Shown here: positions 37,301 to 51,105 of the stretch, in pieces
How positions within the stretch are numbered: the stretch's first letter is position 1
How the letters are laid out: the number at the start of each line of letters is the position of its first letter
Assembly (NCBI GenBank): GCA_001724245.1
Contig: MEDX01000009.1
Location: 1 to 64,000 of the forward strand
Reading direction: 5' to 3'
Source of the DNA: Fonticula-like sp. SCN 57-25
Lineage: Eukaryota
DNA length: 64,000 bases
The notes under the pieces: generated by a model
Seen by the model: the letters and a program-made list of their open reading frames with translations, nothing else
The model's database searches: none
What the model was told of the DNA's origin: nothing
Translations under genes and position numbers: made by a program

Positions 37301-40300
37301 GCGGGTGAGCACGGGGCGCGTGCGCGCCACCGACTGGACGCAGAGCGACCCGCGCTTCCAGCTTCTTCTCGACGGCCACGGCGGCGACGCGCTGTTTGCG
37401 CCAAGCGACGCGGGCGAGGCCGTCGTGCTTACGCTTACAAAGACCAAGACTGTCGGCGACGCGCCGGATTCGTTTGCCGTTGATCTGAGCGTGAGCGTCG
37501 TCGCGGCGGTCGCCAACAGGGAAACGCTCGCAAACTTGTTGCACATCTTTGACCAGTCTTCGGGCACTGCATCGTGCGATTTACCTCTTTTGCTTGGAAT
37601 TTCCTGACATGGCTTGATAGGGCTGCGACCTCGCCGTCCAAGCGCACGCCGAGTTCGCTCATGCGCTCCTCGCTTCTCCAGTCATTCAGGTCGCCCGAGG
37701 AGCCCGGGTCGACAGTGACAGTGGCCGTTTCGGCGAAGCGCGCCCATATCACCTTGAACAATGCAAACATTGCCCTGGCGTCGATGGGTACGGTCTGGAA
37801 TTCACTTAGAAAGGAAGTCTAACAAAGTGGATAGAACTCGAGCAAGTGTCGTTTGAATTTGTGAGCCGAGAGCTGCCCGTCGGCGTCACCACGATGACGC
37901 TGGCTTTGGGTGGCGCGCGTTTGCGCGACCTTCGTTCAGCGGAGGAGGACGGGCAGCTGGCACTCTGGAGCTCGCCTGCAGAGAGTGTGGTTCGTCTCGA
38001 AAGTGGTTTAAATTTCGATACTAAGAATGTTTTTAGATTCATCTTGTGCTCACGCAGTACGACAAGGCCGCCGCGGACAAGCCGTCGCACGACATTCATC
38101 TGGAGGCGCGCATCAGCAGCGTTCATGTTCTTTATTGCCACCGGTTTTTCCTTCCCTTTGTCGACTTTGCGATGGATTTCCTAAACGTCATCACGCTTGT
38201 CAACAACAAGCAGTACGCCCAAAACTGATTGTTTTCCTTTCTTCTGACTGTGTTTGCAGGACGTCGCAGGACACGGAGGATTTCCTCGAGCACGAGCAGC
38301 CGTCCATCATCTTTTACGACGTTTCTCTTTCCTCCCCTGTGATCAACGTGCCGCTCAGCGCCAGCGACAAGAGCGCCATGTTTGTGTTCCAAGTAGGCGA
38401 TGTTGCAGCCACGTCGCGCCTGCTGCCGAGCGGCGAAGTCGGCCCCGTAGCCATCAAGTGCGCCCTCGCCTCTATTTACCGCCAAATCTAACTTGGCACC
38501 TTGCAGGGTCGATCATGTGTGCCTCTTTGTGCAGCGCGGGCAGCGTGACCCGCATAGAACGGCCATCCTTGATGAACACGACTGGGTCGCCGAAGGTGAC
38601 AGCACGCTCGACGAGAGCCGCCGGCGCCACTACACGCTGGACGCGTCGACGGCCAGCCTGCGTCTCAGGCTGAGCAACGCCACATATGTGCTTTTCAACA
38701 ACGTCCTGCGGCACAATATCGGCGGGTCGTATCCAGCCGAGCTGACGACGGCGGCGGTCGGAAAGGGCAGCGCGCTTGAGGAGGCCGTTGCGACGTACCG
38801 GTTCGCCATCAAGTTTGTCTTTTTATTTGTTCTCACCGTGGCCGTAGTGTCAAGGTATCGACAGAGCGCATTTCTACCTTTACGATCCGCGCCAAAACCG
38901 AGTCCACCGAGATTGTCTTGGAGGATGTCGAGGGCGGCCAAACGGCGCTTGCGCGCTTCCCCGCCGTGTCCGCGCGCTACTTTATGGAGGGGCAGACGAC
39001 CAACTGGCAGCTGCAGCTCCCGTCCTTTATTCTGACCAGTCCCGACAATCAGACGCTCGCCATCTCGGACGTCGGGCACGCCCCGTCCCAGCTCACGCAG
39101 GGCGCAGAAGACGAGGCGTTTGTCAGAGTCGAGTTGAACAACGTTGGCGGGAATGGAGACACGCTGCCATCGACCGCCGGCAAAGTGGACATGTCGGCCT
39201 TGCGAGTGCGTGTTTCGCACCGTATCTTGATGATGCTGACACTTTAAAAGGTTTTCATGGATGGCGCGGCGTTGACGCGGGTGTGGGCGGTGTTTGCCAC
39301 CGACTCGGACGACGACGATGATGAAGATGGTGCCGCTTTGCTGACGGCCAAGGAACATTCGCCGCAGTCGCGCATAGAGTACAAGTTCAATATTGGCACG
39401 GTTCGGATGGACATCCCCCATTCGCCCGCATCGCTCTGGGCGCATGACGCACGCGCCTGCTTGCGGTGGTCGTCGGACGGCTCGTCGTCGGCGACATTTG
39501 ACATCGTCTCGATGTTGCTCTTTGCGGGCGACTTTGCCGCGCCTCCCGGTACGCATTTCGCGCTCAGCTCCCTATCGCGCTCACACTTTCATGTCCAGTC
39601 ATCAGCGTCGTCGGCAGCGAAAAGCTCTTGTCGATCCGCTACGTCGATCGCTCGGCGTCGCCCTCGGCCGCGGCTCCTGAGTGGGCGCGTGGCTTTGACG
39701 AGCGCGCCGTCAATTGCCGGTGGACGTCGGCCGCCACCGTGTTTATGGGCGCGCTGCAGTGCAATGTGCGTGACAATACGGTCGCGGCGGTCGTGGCCGC
39801 GCTGGGTACCTTTGGCAAGGACGATGCGGCGCCCGCGGGCTCTTCGCCATTGAGTGCACTGTCGCCGACCCCGACGCTCCTGTACCACATTGCCATATCG
39901 AACCCGTCCATTCGCCTCCACGATGCCGACGCGGCCGAGCGCCGCCACATGGCCCTCTGGCTCGGCAGCTTCTTGGCGCAAAACTCTATCTCGGTCGAAG
40001 CGGACCAGGTAACGGAGCGCATCGAGCTGTCGCTGGAACACACCGCCGCCCAAATCCACAACCCCGATCAGCAGGCGGTGCCTGAGGTACTCTTTGCCGA
40101 GACACAGATTGACATGAATGTGAAGCGCGTGTCGGCCCGCAAGGGGGTCCTCTTGAGCACCGAAGTGGGCGTCCTCGTGCACGACATTGCCATTGTCGTG
40201 TCGCCCGACCACCTGGCGTACCTCAAGCGGCTGCCTGTGCTGCTGGACGGCATCTTGCAGGCGCCGACACCGCCGCCGACTTCAGCGAGGCGCGCTTCGC

Positions 40301-43300
40301 TCGCTCCCGTGACACCCGCGCGGCGGTCTCGTGTCCACGCGGCCACGACTGCGATGCAGCCGGCCTCATTTGCGGTTTCGGCGCTCTTTGGCAACCTGAC
40401 GGCATCACTGCTCTATGCGGACGGGGAAAAGCTGTGCGATGTTGTCTTGGAGACGCCAGAGGTGACGTACAAGGATGACAGCCTGAAAGGGCTCCACTTT
40501 GGGTGCAATGTGCGCAATATTCATTCTTGGTACTTGATTTCTCACACAGATACCTCGATAGGCAAAGTCGCTGGTCATCCAGGACAACCGAGACGGTGCG
40601 GCGCAGAGGCTAACGAGGCTGATTGGCCCGTGCGAGGACGCCGAGCAGGAGGCGGCCCACCTGTTTATGCTGACGTACACGCGCCGCAAGACGGGTGCCG
40701 TGAACGTACGCGCACAATCTATTTGTACATCTTATAGTAACACCTCTTCTAGGTTCAATTGTCGCTTGACCGCCCGCGCATTACTATTTTGACGCCGTTT
40801 ATCCAGGCTCTTTACGATTTTGCCATGCCGCTTATGGCGCTGAGCGACGACCTGCCGGCGCATTCTTCATCAACAAACTTGACCGGAAGCTACTTGTCGT
40901 CATTTGACCCCACGACCGTACGCGAAATTGGCACCTTTTTCATTACTCAATGTTCCATATAGCCAATTCGGGTCCCGACGCTATCGGTCGCCGTATCAAT
41001 TTCGCGACCCGAGCTTGTGCTTGTTGGCGTACGCACGCATATTTTTCGCCGTCTTGTCTCACGCTGCCTCACAGAGCCACGACGACCTGCACACCCCGGC
41101 GATTGTGCACAGCTTTGGCCTCGCCGGCAACTTTGACCGCACCTCTGAGGGCGAAAAGTTTGCCGGTTCCATGCAGGACCTGCAGATCTACTCGTGCCGC
41201 CTTGGCCGCGTCGAGGCGACCCGCCTGTTCATGGTGGACCCGTTCTCCATGAGCGTCGACGTGCTCCTCGGCGTGTCGGGCATGGAGTCCGCCGCGCCGA
41301 CGTCATATGGCTCAGTCGACGTGACGCAGGTGCTGTGCCGCGTGACGATGCTTGACCTGGCGTTGATCCAGTCGATCACCACGTACCTCTACCCGGTGGG
41401 GTCGCCGCTGCTAAAGCCGACAGACAAACAGCTTGACCTGGCCGACATTGAGGTGCCGTTGGGGGCTCTTTCGCGCAGGCCCAGCGACGACGATATGACG
41501 GACACGCAGTCGACGAGATCGTCTGTGACGGCAGGGGCACAGCCGAGCCGCGTCTCCTTTACGGTGAACGCGTCGCGAATTGATCTGTTGCTGCTCGATG
41601 ACGTGGCGGGGCACATTGTCCCGTTGATGATGCTGCGTCTCGCACCATTCGAGGCTGAAATTGTGTCGTCGGCCGTGGCGCGCTCTGCCACGCTGTCGCA
41701 GACGGTGCGTCATATTTATATTATTTATAGTACTGACACACGATTCGCAGCTGAGCGTTCAGTATTTCAATATCTATCGCTCTGCGTGGGAGACGTGCCT
41801 CGAGCCGTGGCCAATGTACCTACAGCTGCGCCAGAAGCACCTCGACCGCCCCGCGCCCGAGTGGAACGTGTCGCTCACGGGGCAGAACACACAGGCAGAC
41901 GTGACCGTGAGCAGGACGCTTATCGACATGCTTTCCAGCATCAAGTGGTACGCGCCGCTTTTTGTCGTGGATTTCGACTCACAGGGGCATGGTAGGTCAA
42001 GCAACAGTCTTGATTATGGGGTCTTTGACCGGCGAGAGACGTTCCCGTTTGTCCTCTCCAACGCGACCGGTGCGCCAATTTCCTTTGCGCGCGCGGGTGA
42101 CTCTTCCTCGGTCGTTGTCGAGCCAGGCGAGTCGCACCACTTTCGGTTTGCGCAGGACTTTTTGCAGACATTTGTCCGCGATCAGCTGAGCACGCACAAG
42201 CGCGGCATGGACGACCGGCGCACCATCCGCGTGTCGCTCACGGACCGCGTGGCGCCCACGGGGCCCATCTCGGTGACGAGGATGGGTGTCTACGGGTACC
42301 CTCTGACGCACGCGACGGGCGCCAAGGAGATCCTCATTGTGACCATTGCGCTGAACGCGCAGCGCTGCACCGAGATCACGCTCGAGTCGCAGTACGCCAT
42401 CGTCAATTGCAGCGACAAGCCAGCAGAAGTGCAGCTGGACGGCGTCACGCTCGGGCAAGTCGGTGCGCACTTCATATTTTTATTTTCTTTTTGCTGATTC
42501 AACTTCTATAGATGTCAATGCGCGCCTTCCCATCCCGATCAACGCGCTGCACCCCGAACTGGCCTGTCGCCTGCGGCCGGTCATGGGACGGGATCACGTG
42601 GTAAAATGGTCGAATGCTCTAGTGGTATGCCCATTTAGGTCATTTTTGCTTGATGCCCATATTAATCCATTGTGCAGGTTGGCAGCTTGAAGGGCCAGCG
42701 GCAGACGATCCTGTCGAGTACATCTGACCAGCAGCCCAAGTTTATGTACCGCTACTCGATGCAGCTTGAGCGCCGCTACACGACCGATGGGCGCCACAGC
42801 TACTACGACATCCGCGCTCGCCAGACCATCTGGCTCGCCAACAGCACGCCGTGCGACTTTGATTTTAAGCTGATCGTCGCCAGCGAATCGCGCCTTGCGT
42901 CGGGTCTGCTGCGCGGCCAGCAATGTACGTCACGAACGGCTTTTTCTGTGGGCTAACGTATTGCCTTTTAGCGATGGCGGTGGCCGGCATGCTCGGGACG
43001 TCGCAGGCGGTGTGCGAGCTCGAGGTGCGCCTGCGGTGCCCCGGCCGCTTTGAGTGGTCGTCGAGGGCGATCGTAGCGCCGGTTTCGCGCCGTCAGGCGT
43101 ACATTCCAGTCGCGCTTAACAAAAAGTATCAGCTCAACCTCGAGGTACGCTAACGAGCCCATCACTGCTTGCACCAACACTTTACTTCTAGCTTCAGTAC
43201 GATGATGACACGCCCGACTATGAGCTGCGGATCCGCGTGGTCGCGCCGTACGCGATCCTCAACCTGAGCGGTCACCCTCTGCAGTTTTACACGTCGGCGA

Positions 43301-46300
43301 TCCCCAATGAGCACTTTAGCCTCGACAGCGCGCTGCGCGTGTGGGAGCCGGCGTCGGCGCCGGCGAGCCACCTTGACACGGTGCTGCAAACCATGGAAAA
43401 GGGCGTCGAGGTCGTGCTCGCGCAGTTTCCAGAAGCGAACCGGCGCGACGTGATGTACGATATCCGCGTTACAAAGTCGATTGAGACGACGCTCGTGCAC
43501 GCCGCCGAGAAAAAGTACGGGAAAAAGGGCACAATAATCTTGTTCTGATACTGAATGCGGTGCTGTACAGGCTGTCGCGGTGCCCGCTGTCGCCGCTCGA
43601 GGACGAGCTCTTCCCCGGTGTGTACCTCTTTAGCATCCCGCCGACGGTGACCACCAAGGACGCGCGGCTTTCCTTTTGGACGCGCAACGTCATCCGCCCG
43701 CAAAGCGTAAGTCTCTTTTCCGCGTCGGCGGGCGTCGTCTCGCTGCAGGCGGGCAACCCTGTGCGGGAGCAGCTCGATTTCGCGGTCGAGCTGCGCCGGG
43801 GAACGGCCCTGCTCGACCAAACCATGTTTTTGACCATCCGCCCCTTCTTTGTCATCATCAACCAAACAGGCTCTGACCTTCAGTTTAGCCTGAGCAGCAA
43901 CGATTGTACGTGCCTTTAGCTTAATATTCATATACTTAGCGGCCATGCAGATATTGCGACGGTGAACAAGGGCCAGCGGTGGATGTTTTACTGGCCGGCG
44001 GGGATGCTGCCAAGATGGACTGATGAGGGCGACGAGTCGGACGAGAAGCGGCTCCTCACCGCGCGCGAGCCGTCGAGCGAGATCGACGTCCCGTGGTCGC
44101 AGCCGTTCCGCATCTTGTACGTGATTTAAAATTACTTTGCCGAGACACTAACGCTCGAGCGGCCACAGCACGCCCGACACGCAGCATGTGCGCCTCTTGG
44201 CGTACCTGCCGGAGCAGCGCGACATTGGCCTCAAGTTCATCAGTATTATGACGTACCTCGAAAACGGCGCGCTCGTGAGCACGGTGCAGGACTGCCCGCC
44301 GCCTTTTGTCATCTACAACAAGTCGCAGCACGTGGTCGCGGTCAGGCAAAAGGGGAGCAGCGCGTTCTACACGGTAGCGAGCGGCGACCACCTTGAGTAC
44401 TCGTGGGACTCGACGCAGCAGACAAAGCTGCTCCAGATATGCCCGATGTCGGGCAACAGTCTGGACTCGGCCAGGCGCAACTCGCGCACATACGACATTC
44501 GCAAGGTGCGCTTTATATTGGTGCGTACGTTGTATGCTGACGATATCCGCCAGCTTGGGCTCAAGGTTGGGCTGCTGCTGCCGCGCGTCGAGGGCGACCT
44601 AGAGTTTGTGGACCTCATCAGCGTATACGTGGCCGCCCAGGGCGCGTCGCGCGTCGTCGTCCTTTCGGACAGCTCCAATAAGCAGTGCGTTCTTTTTGCT
44701 TCTTTTCCCTTGATTGCTAATATGTTTTTCGTTTAGGACTGCCGAGCAGACCGACGAGGACTGGGAAGTGACGTCGAGCGTGGTTGGCCGCGCGTCCATC
44801 TGGCTGCCTGCGATGCTCATCTCGGTCGTCGACCAGGAGCCCTGGGAGCTCGCACTGATATCGCTGGAAAAGGTCCGGCTCGCCGTGATCCGCACGAGCC
44901 GCTACGCGCACGTCGACGCGGCCATCCAGGAGCTGCAGGTCGACAACCAGCTGCCGGGCACGCCGTTCCGCGAGCTGGTGCGCCGCGCTGTAGTCGGCAA
45001 GAAGCAGCAGGCGTCTTCGTCGTCAGGGTCGTCTGGTCAGCTGGTGCGCCAGCGCAACGAGAGCGACACGCCGTTCATGTCACTGGAGCTTGTCGTGTCG
45101 GCCGACGGGTCGCGAACGCGCGTCCGCCTGCTGCCGCGCTGTCACCTCGCGCTGTGCGACATGAACATCCGCATCGACGAGGTGCGACTTTTTTTCTTTT
45201 GTGCCTTGCATTCTCACGTGGCTTTCTAGGTGTCGGTGCTTCGCTGGCTGCACTTTTTGTCGCCGTGGGTGTCGATCGCCGGTCGCGAGGAGGCGAACCC
45301 GCTGCATGTGGCCTTTTCCACGACGCGGCTTCACGTGCGCGAGCAGCTCTACATTGGCGTGCTGGCTGCCTCGCCGCTGCGCATTACATTTAGCTTTGCG
45401 CGGTCCAAGCAGGCGATGCTCATATTTTCGCCGTCGTTTGGCGAGACCGTGTCCGAGTGGGAGCAGGGCCCCGGTCGCTTCCTTCGCAAGGGCCTAGGCG
45501 TACTGGTGACCAACGTGGACGAGGCGCCGTTCAAGTTTGCTCCGATCGGCCTTCAGCACACGGTCCTCTCGGTCGAGCTGCTCAAGCAGATGCTCGTCAC
45601 CAACTATGAGGAGCAGCTACGCTCGCAGGCGTTCCGCGTCATCTTTTCCGTCGACGCGCTCGGCAGCCCGTCGACCATGTTCCGCAGCGTCCGCCGCGGA
45701 GTCGACGGTGCGCTTTTTAATTTGTTATTTCTGATGCTGACACTGCGGCAGAATTTATATCTGGTTCGTCGCGCGGCGACATTTCGCACGGGACGGCGGG
45801 CCTCCTGAAGCACTCTGCGTACGGCTTTTTGAACCTGTCGAGCAACATTAGCAATGCAGTTGGCCAGGGGCTGAGCCAGCTCTCCTTTGACAAGGACTTT
45901 GCGGCGAACCGCGCGCAGCGCAAGGCGGACCAGCCCAAGTCGGCGTCGGCGGGCTTTGCGCAAGGCTCCAAGGGCCTCGCCGTGGGCGTGCTCGAGGGCC
46001 TTAGCGGCACGGTCGAGCAGCCGATGCTCGGCTTTAAAAAGAGCGGCTTCAAAGGTCTCGCGGAGGGCCTTGGCCGCGGCCTCGTCGGGCTCGTCACCAA
46101 GCCGTCCGCCGGCTTTTTCGACCTGGTCAGCTCGGTGTCGGCGGGCGTCGGCAGCCACGTCAAGGAGCGCGAGAAGGACCGCAGGAGGTTCCCGCGCCAG
46201 ATCACCGGCGACGGCATCCTCAGGACGTACAACCAGAACGAGGCGCTCGCGTCGCTCGTCGTCGCGTCGTGCGCGCGCGCAGTGCTGCAGAGGACCGCAA

Positions 46301-46687
46301 GGGGAGGCAGGAGGGACGCGGCCCAGAGGGACCACTACGTCGGGCACGTCGTTTCAATGGACATCCAGGCGGGGCACCCGCTCCTATGCATAGTCACGCA
46401 GCACGTCTTTTTGCTCGTGCGTCCCTCTTTTTATGTCCCCGTTTGTACTCACAGTAAATGTCTAGGTAAACCCCGCCCTCTTTGCCGAGAGCGCCGAGCC
46501 GGCCTCGTATGTGCTTGTCGAGGCACAGCTCGAGGGCATGACTGTCAAGATCAAGCGGTCAGTGAGCCTCGTTGCGCTCGCCAGCGGCGCGCAGCGCGTC
46601 GTGCTACGCTTTAAAGACTTTGACGCGGATCTCGCTGCGCTACTGGCGCTCCTCAACAACCCGCCAGTATCGGAGGTGACCGACTAG
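34330..46687 (+). CDS. VPS13: VPS13-family bridge-like lipid transfer protein (many introns)
   Basis: Chorein_N MLEAVVAEVLNRFVGTYV...GNVNLSNL, WETCLEPW, VAB repeats (APYAILNLSG, PPFVIYNKS), QVDNQL, and ATG2_C-like GLGRGLVGLVTKP. Confidence 0.95.
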
Positions 46688-46929
46688 CACTTATTTATCT
46701 TCTATCCATCTACCTATATCAATTTTGCTGTACATATCTACGTATAATGTTCGTATTATGCTTCGAAACCGGATATTTTTAAGCTGTTTTTATTTTTCAA
46801 CAAAAGATTATGACAAAGTAAATGAACGTATTATCTACAACTGTGAAAACACGTGCACTGCTACAGTCAAGGGGAGACCAAACACAAATCCGACCGTTTG
46901 GTTATTCGCCAATAGAGATATGCTTGTGC

Positions 46930-48225
46930 TCACTTGAGCGACGGGAACGCCGACTGGTCGTTGACGTTCGGGACGGCAGCGTTGTTGGAACGCGGGCGCG
47001 GCGTCGAGTTGGCGGGGGCAGCACCAGGGGTGCGGCCACCACGACCGCGGCCGGCGAAGCCACCACGGCCCTCAGAGCGAGGGGCCTCGGAGCGCCGCGA
47101 GTCAAGCAGGGGCTTGAACTCTACGTTGATGGTCTGGACAACCTTGCGGTCCTTGGCGACGGCAGCCTTCTTGGCGGTCTCCTTCTTGGCGAAGAGGGCC
47201 TCCTCCTCGACGCGGGTAACAAGAACCTGGTTCTTGAACGAGTCCTGGCCCTCGTTGGCAACGCGGGCAGCGGGAAGCTCATAGGCGGGCTTCTGGACAA
47301 GGAGCGACTGCTTGTACTGCTCAAGGGTCTTGAACTTGGCATCCTCGTCGTCCTCGACCTTGGCGGGGGCCTCGACCTCCTCGACGGCCTCAGTCTTCTC
47401 CTGGGTGAGCTCGGCAACGGTGGCCGGCTCAGCATCGTCGGTCTTCTCGGCCTTGCCGAGGGTCATGTTGCTGGCCTTCTCCGACGTCTTGTGGGTGGCG
47501 CTGTGGCGATCGTACTCGCGCTTGCCACGGGCAGCCTGGTTGGCAGCACGGCCGCCGCGGCCGCCGTTCTTGTTGCCGCGGAACTCGCCACGGGCTCCAG
47601 GCTTGGAGTCGGGGAGATCGGCGCCCTCAGTGACGGCGACGGTGCCCTCCGTGCGGCGGGGGGGACGCTCCGAGCGCGGGCGGTCTAGATCGCGTCAAGA
47701 AAAAGGAGGGAAAAAGGTTGACGAGGTTAGACATCGAAACAAATGAGCGGAAACAACATGAAAACAAAAGAGATTGCGGAGGGCAGAAACATCACAAGAA
47801 TAATGCCTCAGGGTCAAAAAAGGTGTTTTCATCAATATTCAACAACTTAGTACGAATAGACAAAGCATCAGTGGCACCAGGGGGTGTTCCTGGCTGTGTC
47901 ATCGCCATGGCGGCGACGCAACCAATCCATCCGCGCCTGTGAAGTGGCATCCGCGCCGCATCCAGCATCCCCAGTCATCCAAAACGCCCGCATCCATCCT
48001 CAAACGTCACGTACCGGTGCGGGGGGGGCGCTCAGAGCGCTGGGTCTGACCCTGCTGGCGGAAGCCAGCCTCGGCATCAGCCTTGGTCATCTTGGGAGCA
48101 CGCTGGACCTTGGGGGCAGCAGGCTGGGCAGCCGGCGCCGCCTTGGGGGCGGCAGCCTGGACGGCCGGAGCCGCAGCCACCTCGTCATCGCCCTCAATGA
48201 GAAGCCCCACGAAGCGATTCGCCAT
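46930..48225 (-). CDS. SERBP1/Stm1/HABP4-family ribosome-associated RNA-binding protein (2 exons)
   Basis: MANRFVGL start, KREYDRHSAT, KTLEQY, RGG boxes, and C-terminal PNVNDQSAFPSL. Confidence 0.9.
47801..47879 (-). ncRNA. Putative intronic box C/D snoRNA
   Basis: Minus strand TGGTGCC-A-CTGATGC(C)-...CTAA(D')...TGATGA(C')...CTGA(D)-GGCATTA, with a 7-bp terminal stem. It lies in an unusually long (~330 nt) intron. Confidence 0.7.
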
Positions 48226-48394
48226 GGTGGTGGATGCTTCCAACTACCGTACTACGCGGATGGCTGGGATGACGCAGAGGACGAGCCCGGAACGAGGATG
48301 CCCCTGCAATGTCACCCCTCGCATGCGATTTTTGATCACGTGATTTATTCACCGTCAGCATTGTGGTTGCGCAAGTGCAAGTGTCACGTCGATC

Positions 48395-50844
48395 ATGGCA
48401 GGGCGGGCGCAGAGACGCGTAGCGCAGCGACAGGAGCAGCTGCGAATGGCTGCCGTTACCCAGCCGGAGAGCAAGGGGTCGGATGAGGATGAGGATGAGG
48501 ATGAGCAGGAGGACATTCGCCCGGTTCGCAAGGCGCAGCCCAGCGCGTTCGCCATGGTGCGATTCCACATTGCTGGATGTGGATGTTTAAACGATGACTA
48601 GCTCGAGGTAGAGGAGGCCGAGTCTGAGGATGAGCAGGAGGAAGAGGTCGCGCAGACACGCCCACCCGCGCCGAAACCGGTCCAGGCGCCGTCCAGCAGC
48701 AAGCAAAAGAAGAAGAAGAAAAAGGGCGGCAAGGCACCGCCTCCCGCCGAAGACGATGACGAGTTTGGGGATCTGGCACTCCAGCCCGAGGCCACCTCCG
48801 AAACGTCGGACCAGAGCAAAGCGTTGCCGAGCCTTTCTGTTCTTCAGGACGCGTACCGCTTGTTGTTCAAGGTGGACACTCGGCACCTCAACTCCAACGC
48901 CGAGCTGCGCCGCCTATTCGGCTCGCGAATTGTCAACACTCCGCAAGCGACAGGCAGCCCTCGCCGGTGCGCCTTATTATTAATATTTTTGTGTGTTTAA
49001 CGCGCGCCTTTGCTTAGAGGTGCGCCTATTCGCCGCGCAAAGTCGATCCTCGTCGAGCCGTCCCCCGACTGGGGCATCATCGAGTCGGCGGGCATCAACA
49101 TGGAATTCCTCGGAACCCATCTAGGTTCGCCGCCTCAATCGACGTTTTATGCTTTGCTAATACAAATTAAATAGGCGCCTCGCAGTTTGGCTATGTCTAC
49201 TCGAACGCGTACCGCGACGTCCAGCTCCAATTCCTCAATCTTGTCGAGACGCTCGACCCCAACTCTATCATGCAGCTGCACCGCCTGTACCCCTTCCACG
49301 TCGAGTCGCTTCTGGTGCTCTCGGACGTGTGCCGGCACTCGGGCGACCACGCGATGGCGACGGACCTCGTTGGTGCGCCTTTTTTGGTTGCCATACCTTG
49401 CCACTGACCCGCATTTAGAGCGCGCGCTGTTTGTCCTGGAGCGCGGCTTCCACCCCCTGTTCAATGTCGCCAATGGCCTTTCCCGCCTGCCCTACGCGCG
49501 GGTCGAGAACCGCTCCCTGTACCTCGCGCTCTTCCGCCAAATCCTCAGCCTCGGCAACCGCGGCTGCTGGCGGACGGGCCTCGAGTTTTGCAAGCTGCTC
49601 ATGTCGTACGTCGCCATGTGCAGCAAGCGCGCTCGTGCTTACCGACGAGCTTAGGCTTGACCCGACAACCGACCCGCTCGGTGTTTTGCTTGCAATTGAC
49701 TTTTACGCGCTCCGCGCTGGCGAGCACGAGTACTTTTTGGTGCGCTCTTTTGATACATTTTCAAAGCAACTAAACTAGCCTTGTCTCTATCCAGTCGCTG
49801 TACGAGACGCTTGTAGTGGCCAAAGAGCTCTTCTTTTTGCCGAATCTCCGGTACAGCTATGCGCTGGCCACGTTCCGCCGCGAGGCCGCCGCCGGCGACG
49901 ACGAGCACGCGGTCTCGTCGGTGCTGTTGCTCGAAGCCATGACGGCGTTCCCCAGCGTTGTGCCGCTGCTCGTCGAGGCGTGCGGCGCCGCAGCGCTCCC
50001 GCGGTCCTTTAACAGCATGGTCCAGGCAGCGACATGGTGCGCCACATGGCCTATTGGTAGCTCTGACTGACACTTGCCGCCCTTTTCTCATCATTTTTTC
50101 TTCTTTCAAAGCCCGCCGAGCCTGCACATGCTTTGCGTGGTGATGGTCGAGCGCGGCTCGTCGCTCTGGAAGGAGCCCGAGGTCCTCGAGTGGTGGCGCG
50201 GCGTTGCCCTGGGCCTCCTCGAGCGCCCCGACGGCGTCGCTGAGATGGACGACTTTCGCAGGACGTCTTTCCGCGGCACGCCACTCAGCATCTACCGCCA
50301 CGTGGTTATTTCAGGTTCGCCGCCGCCGCCGCCCTTTTCTGTAGCTAACATTGCTATGATAGACTATAAAAAGTCGTCCACGCTGGTGCCGCCCGAAGTG
50401 GCGAGCTCGGGATTCCGCTCGTACGACCCTTTCCCGCCGGCCGACTCGTACACGCACTACCAGGTCCCCCTCAACTGTACGTGTGAAGCACATAATATGT
50501 ATATCTGATTCCTGACGCTCTGGTTGCTAGATCAAGGGATGGGAAGCCGGCCGCAGTTTGAGGAAGAGTCGGTTGCGTCGGTCGTGCAGTCGTTCCTGAT
50601 GAGCTTTTTGCCCGTCCCGGCGGACCAAGCCGCTCGCGGGATGGTACGCTTTGCCATAAAAGGTGATTCATGACTCACCCTTTTTTAACAGCAACAGGTC
50701 GCGCAGATGCCCGTGCAGCTGCTGGACGCGCTCCGGAACATGCGGCTGCCGGCGGGGAACGCGGCAGAGAACAATGACGAGGTCGAGTTTGCCGACCAGG
50801 ATAACGGCGATAATGACTGGGAGGAGGAAGAGGGCGCTGAATGA
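48395..50844 (+). CDS. TCF25: Ribosome quality control factor TCF25/Rqc1
   Basis: YPFHVESLL, ERALF..FHPLF, ENRSLYLALF, RGCWRTGLEFCKLL, LDPTTDPLG..ID, LPNLRYS. Confidence 0.95.
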
Positions 50845-51105
50845 GGCATAAAAGTGTGATTTCTGTTAGAGGGGCGAATGTACGGTAGAATTTGTAGGCA
50901 TATAAAGATTGATAAAGCCAATGGTGATGGTGATTGTGGCCAGGCCATGCGTCCTTCGACCTTACCAAAGCGACTCAAAAATTAAACTAAAATAGGGGTA
51001 ATGATCTGCTCAAAAGTCCAATAGAAAGTACGTTTATGTATAGGGGCAATGAGGGCATTTTGAATGTATACACAAATAGCAAAACACAGAATCACGATCA
51101 GATAA

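Noticed and set aside
46822-47688. 288-aa + strand ORF
   Set aside because: Antisense shadow of the strongly codon-biased SERBP1/Stm1 exon.
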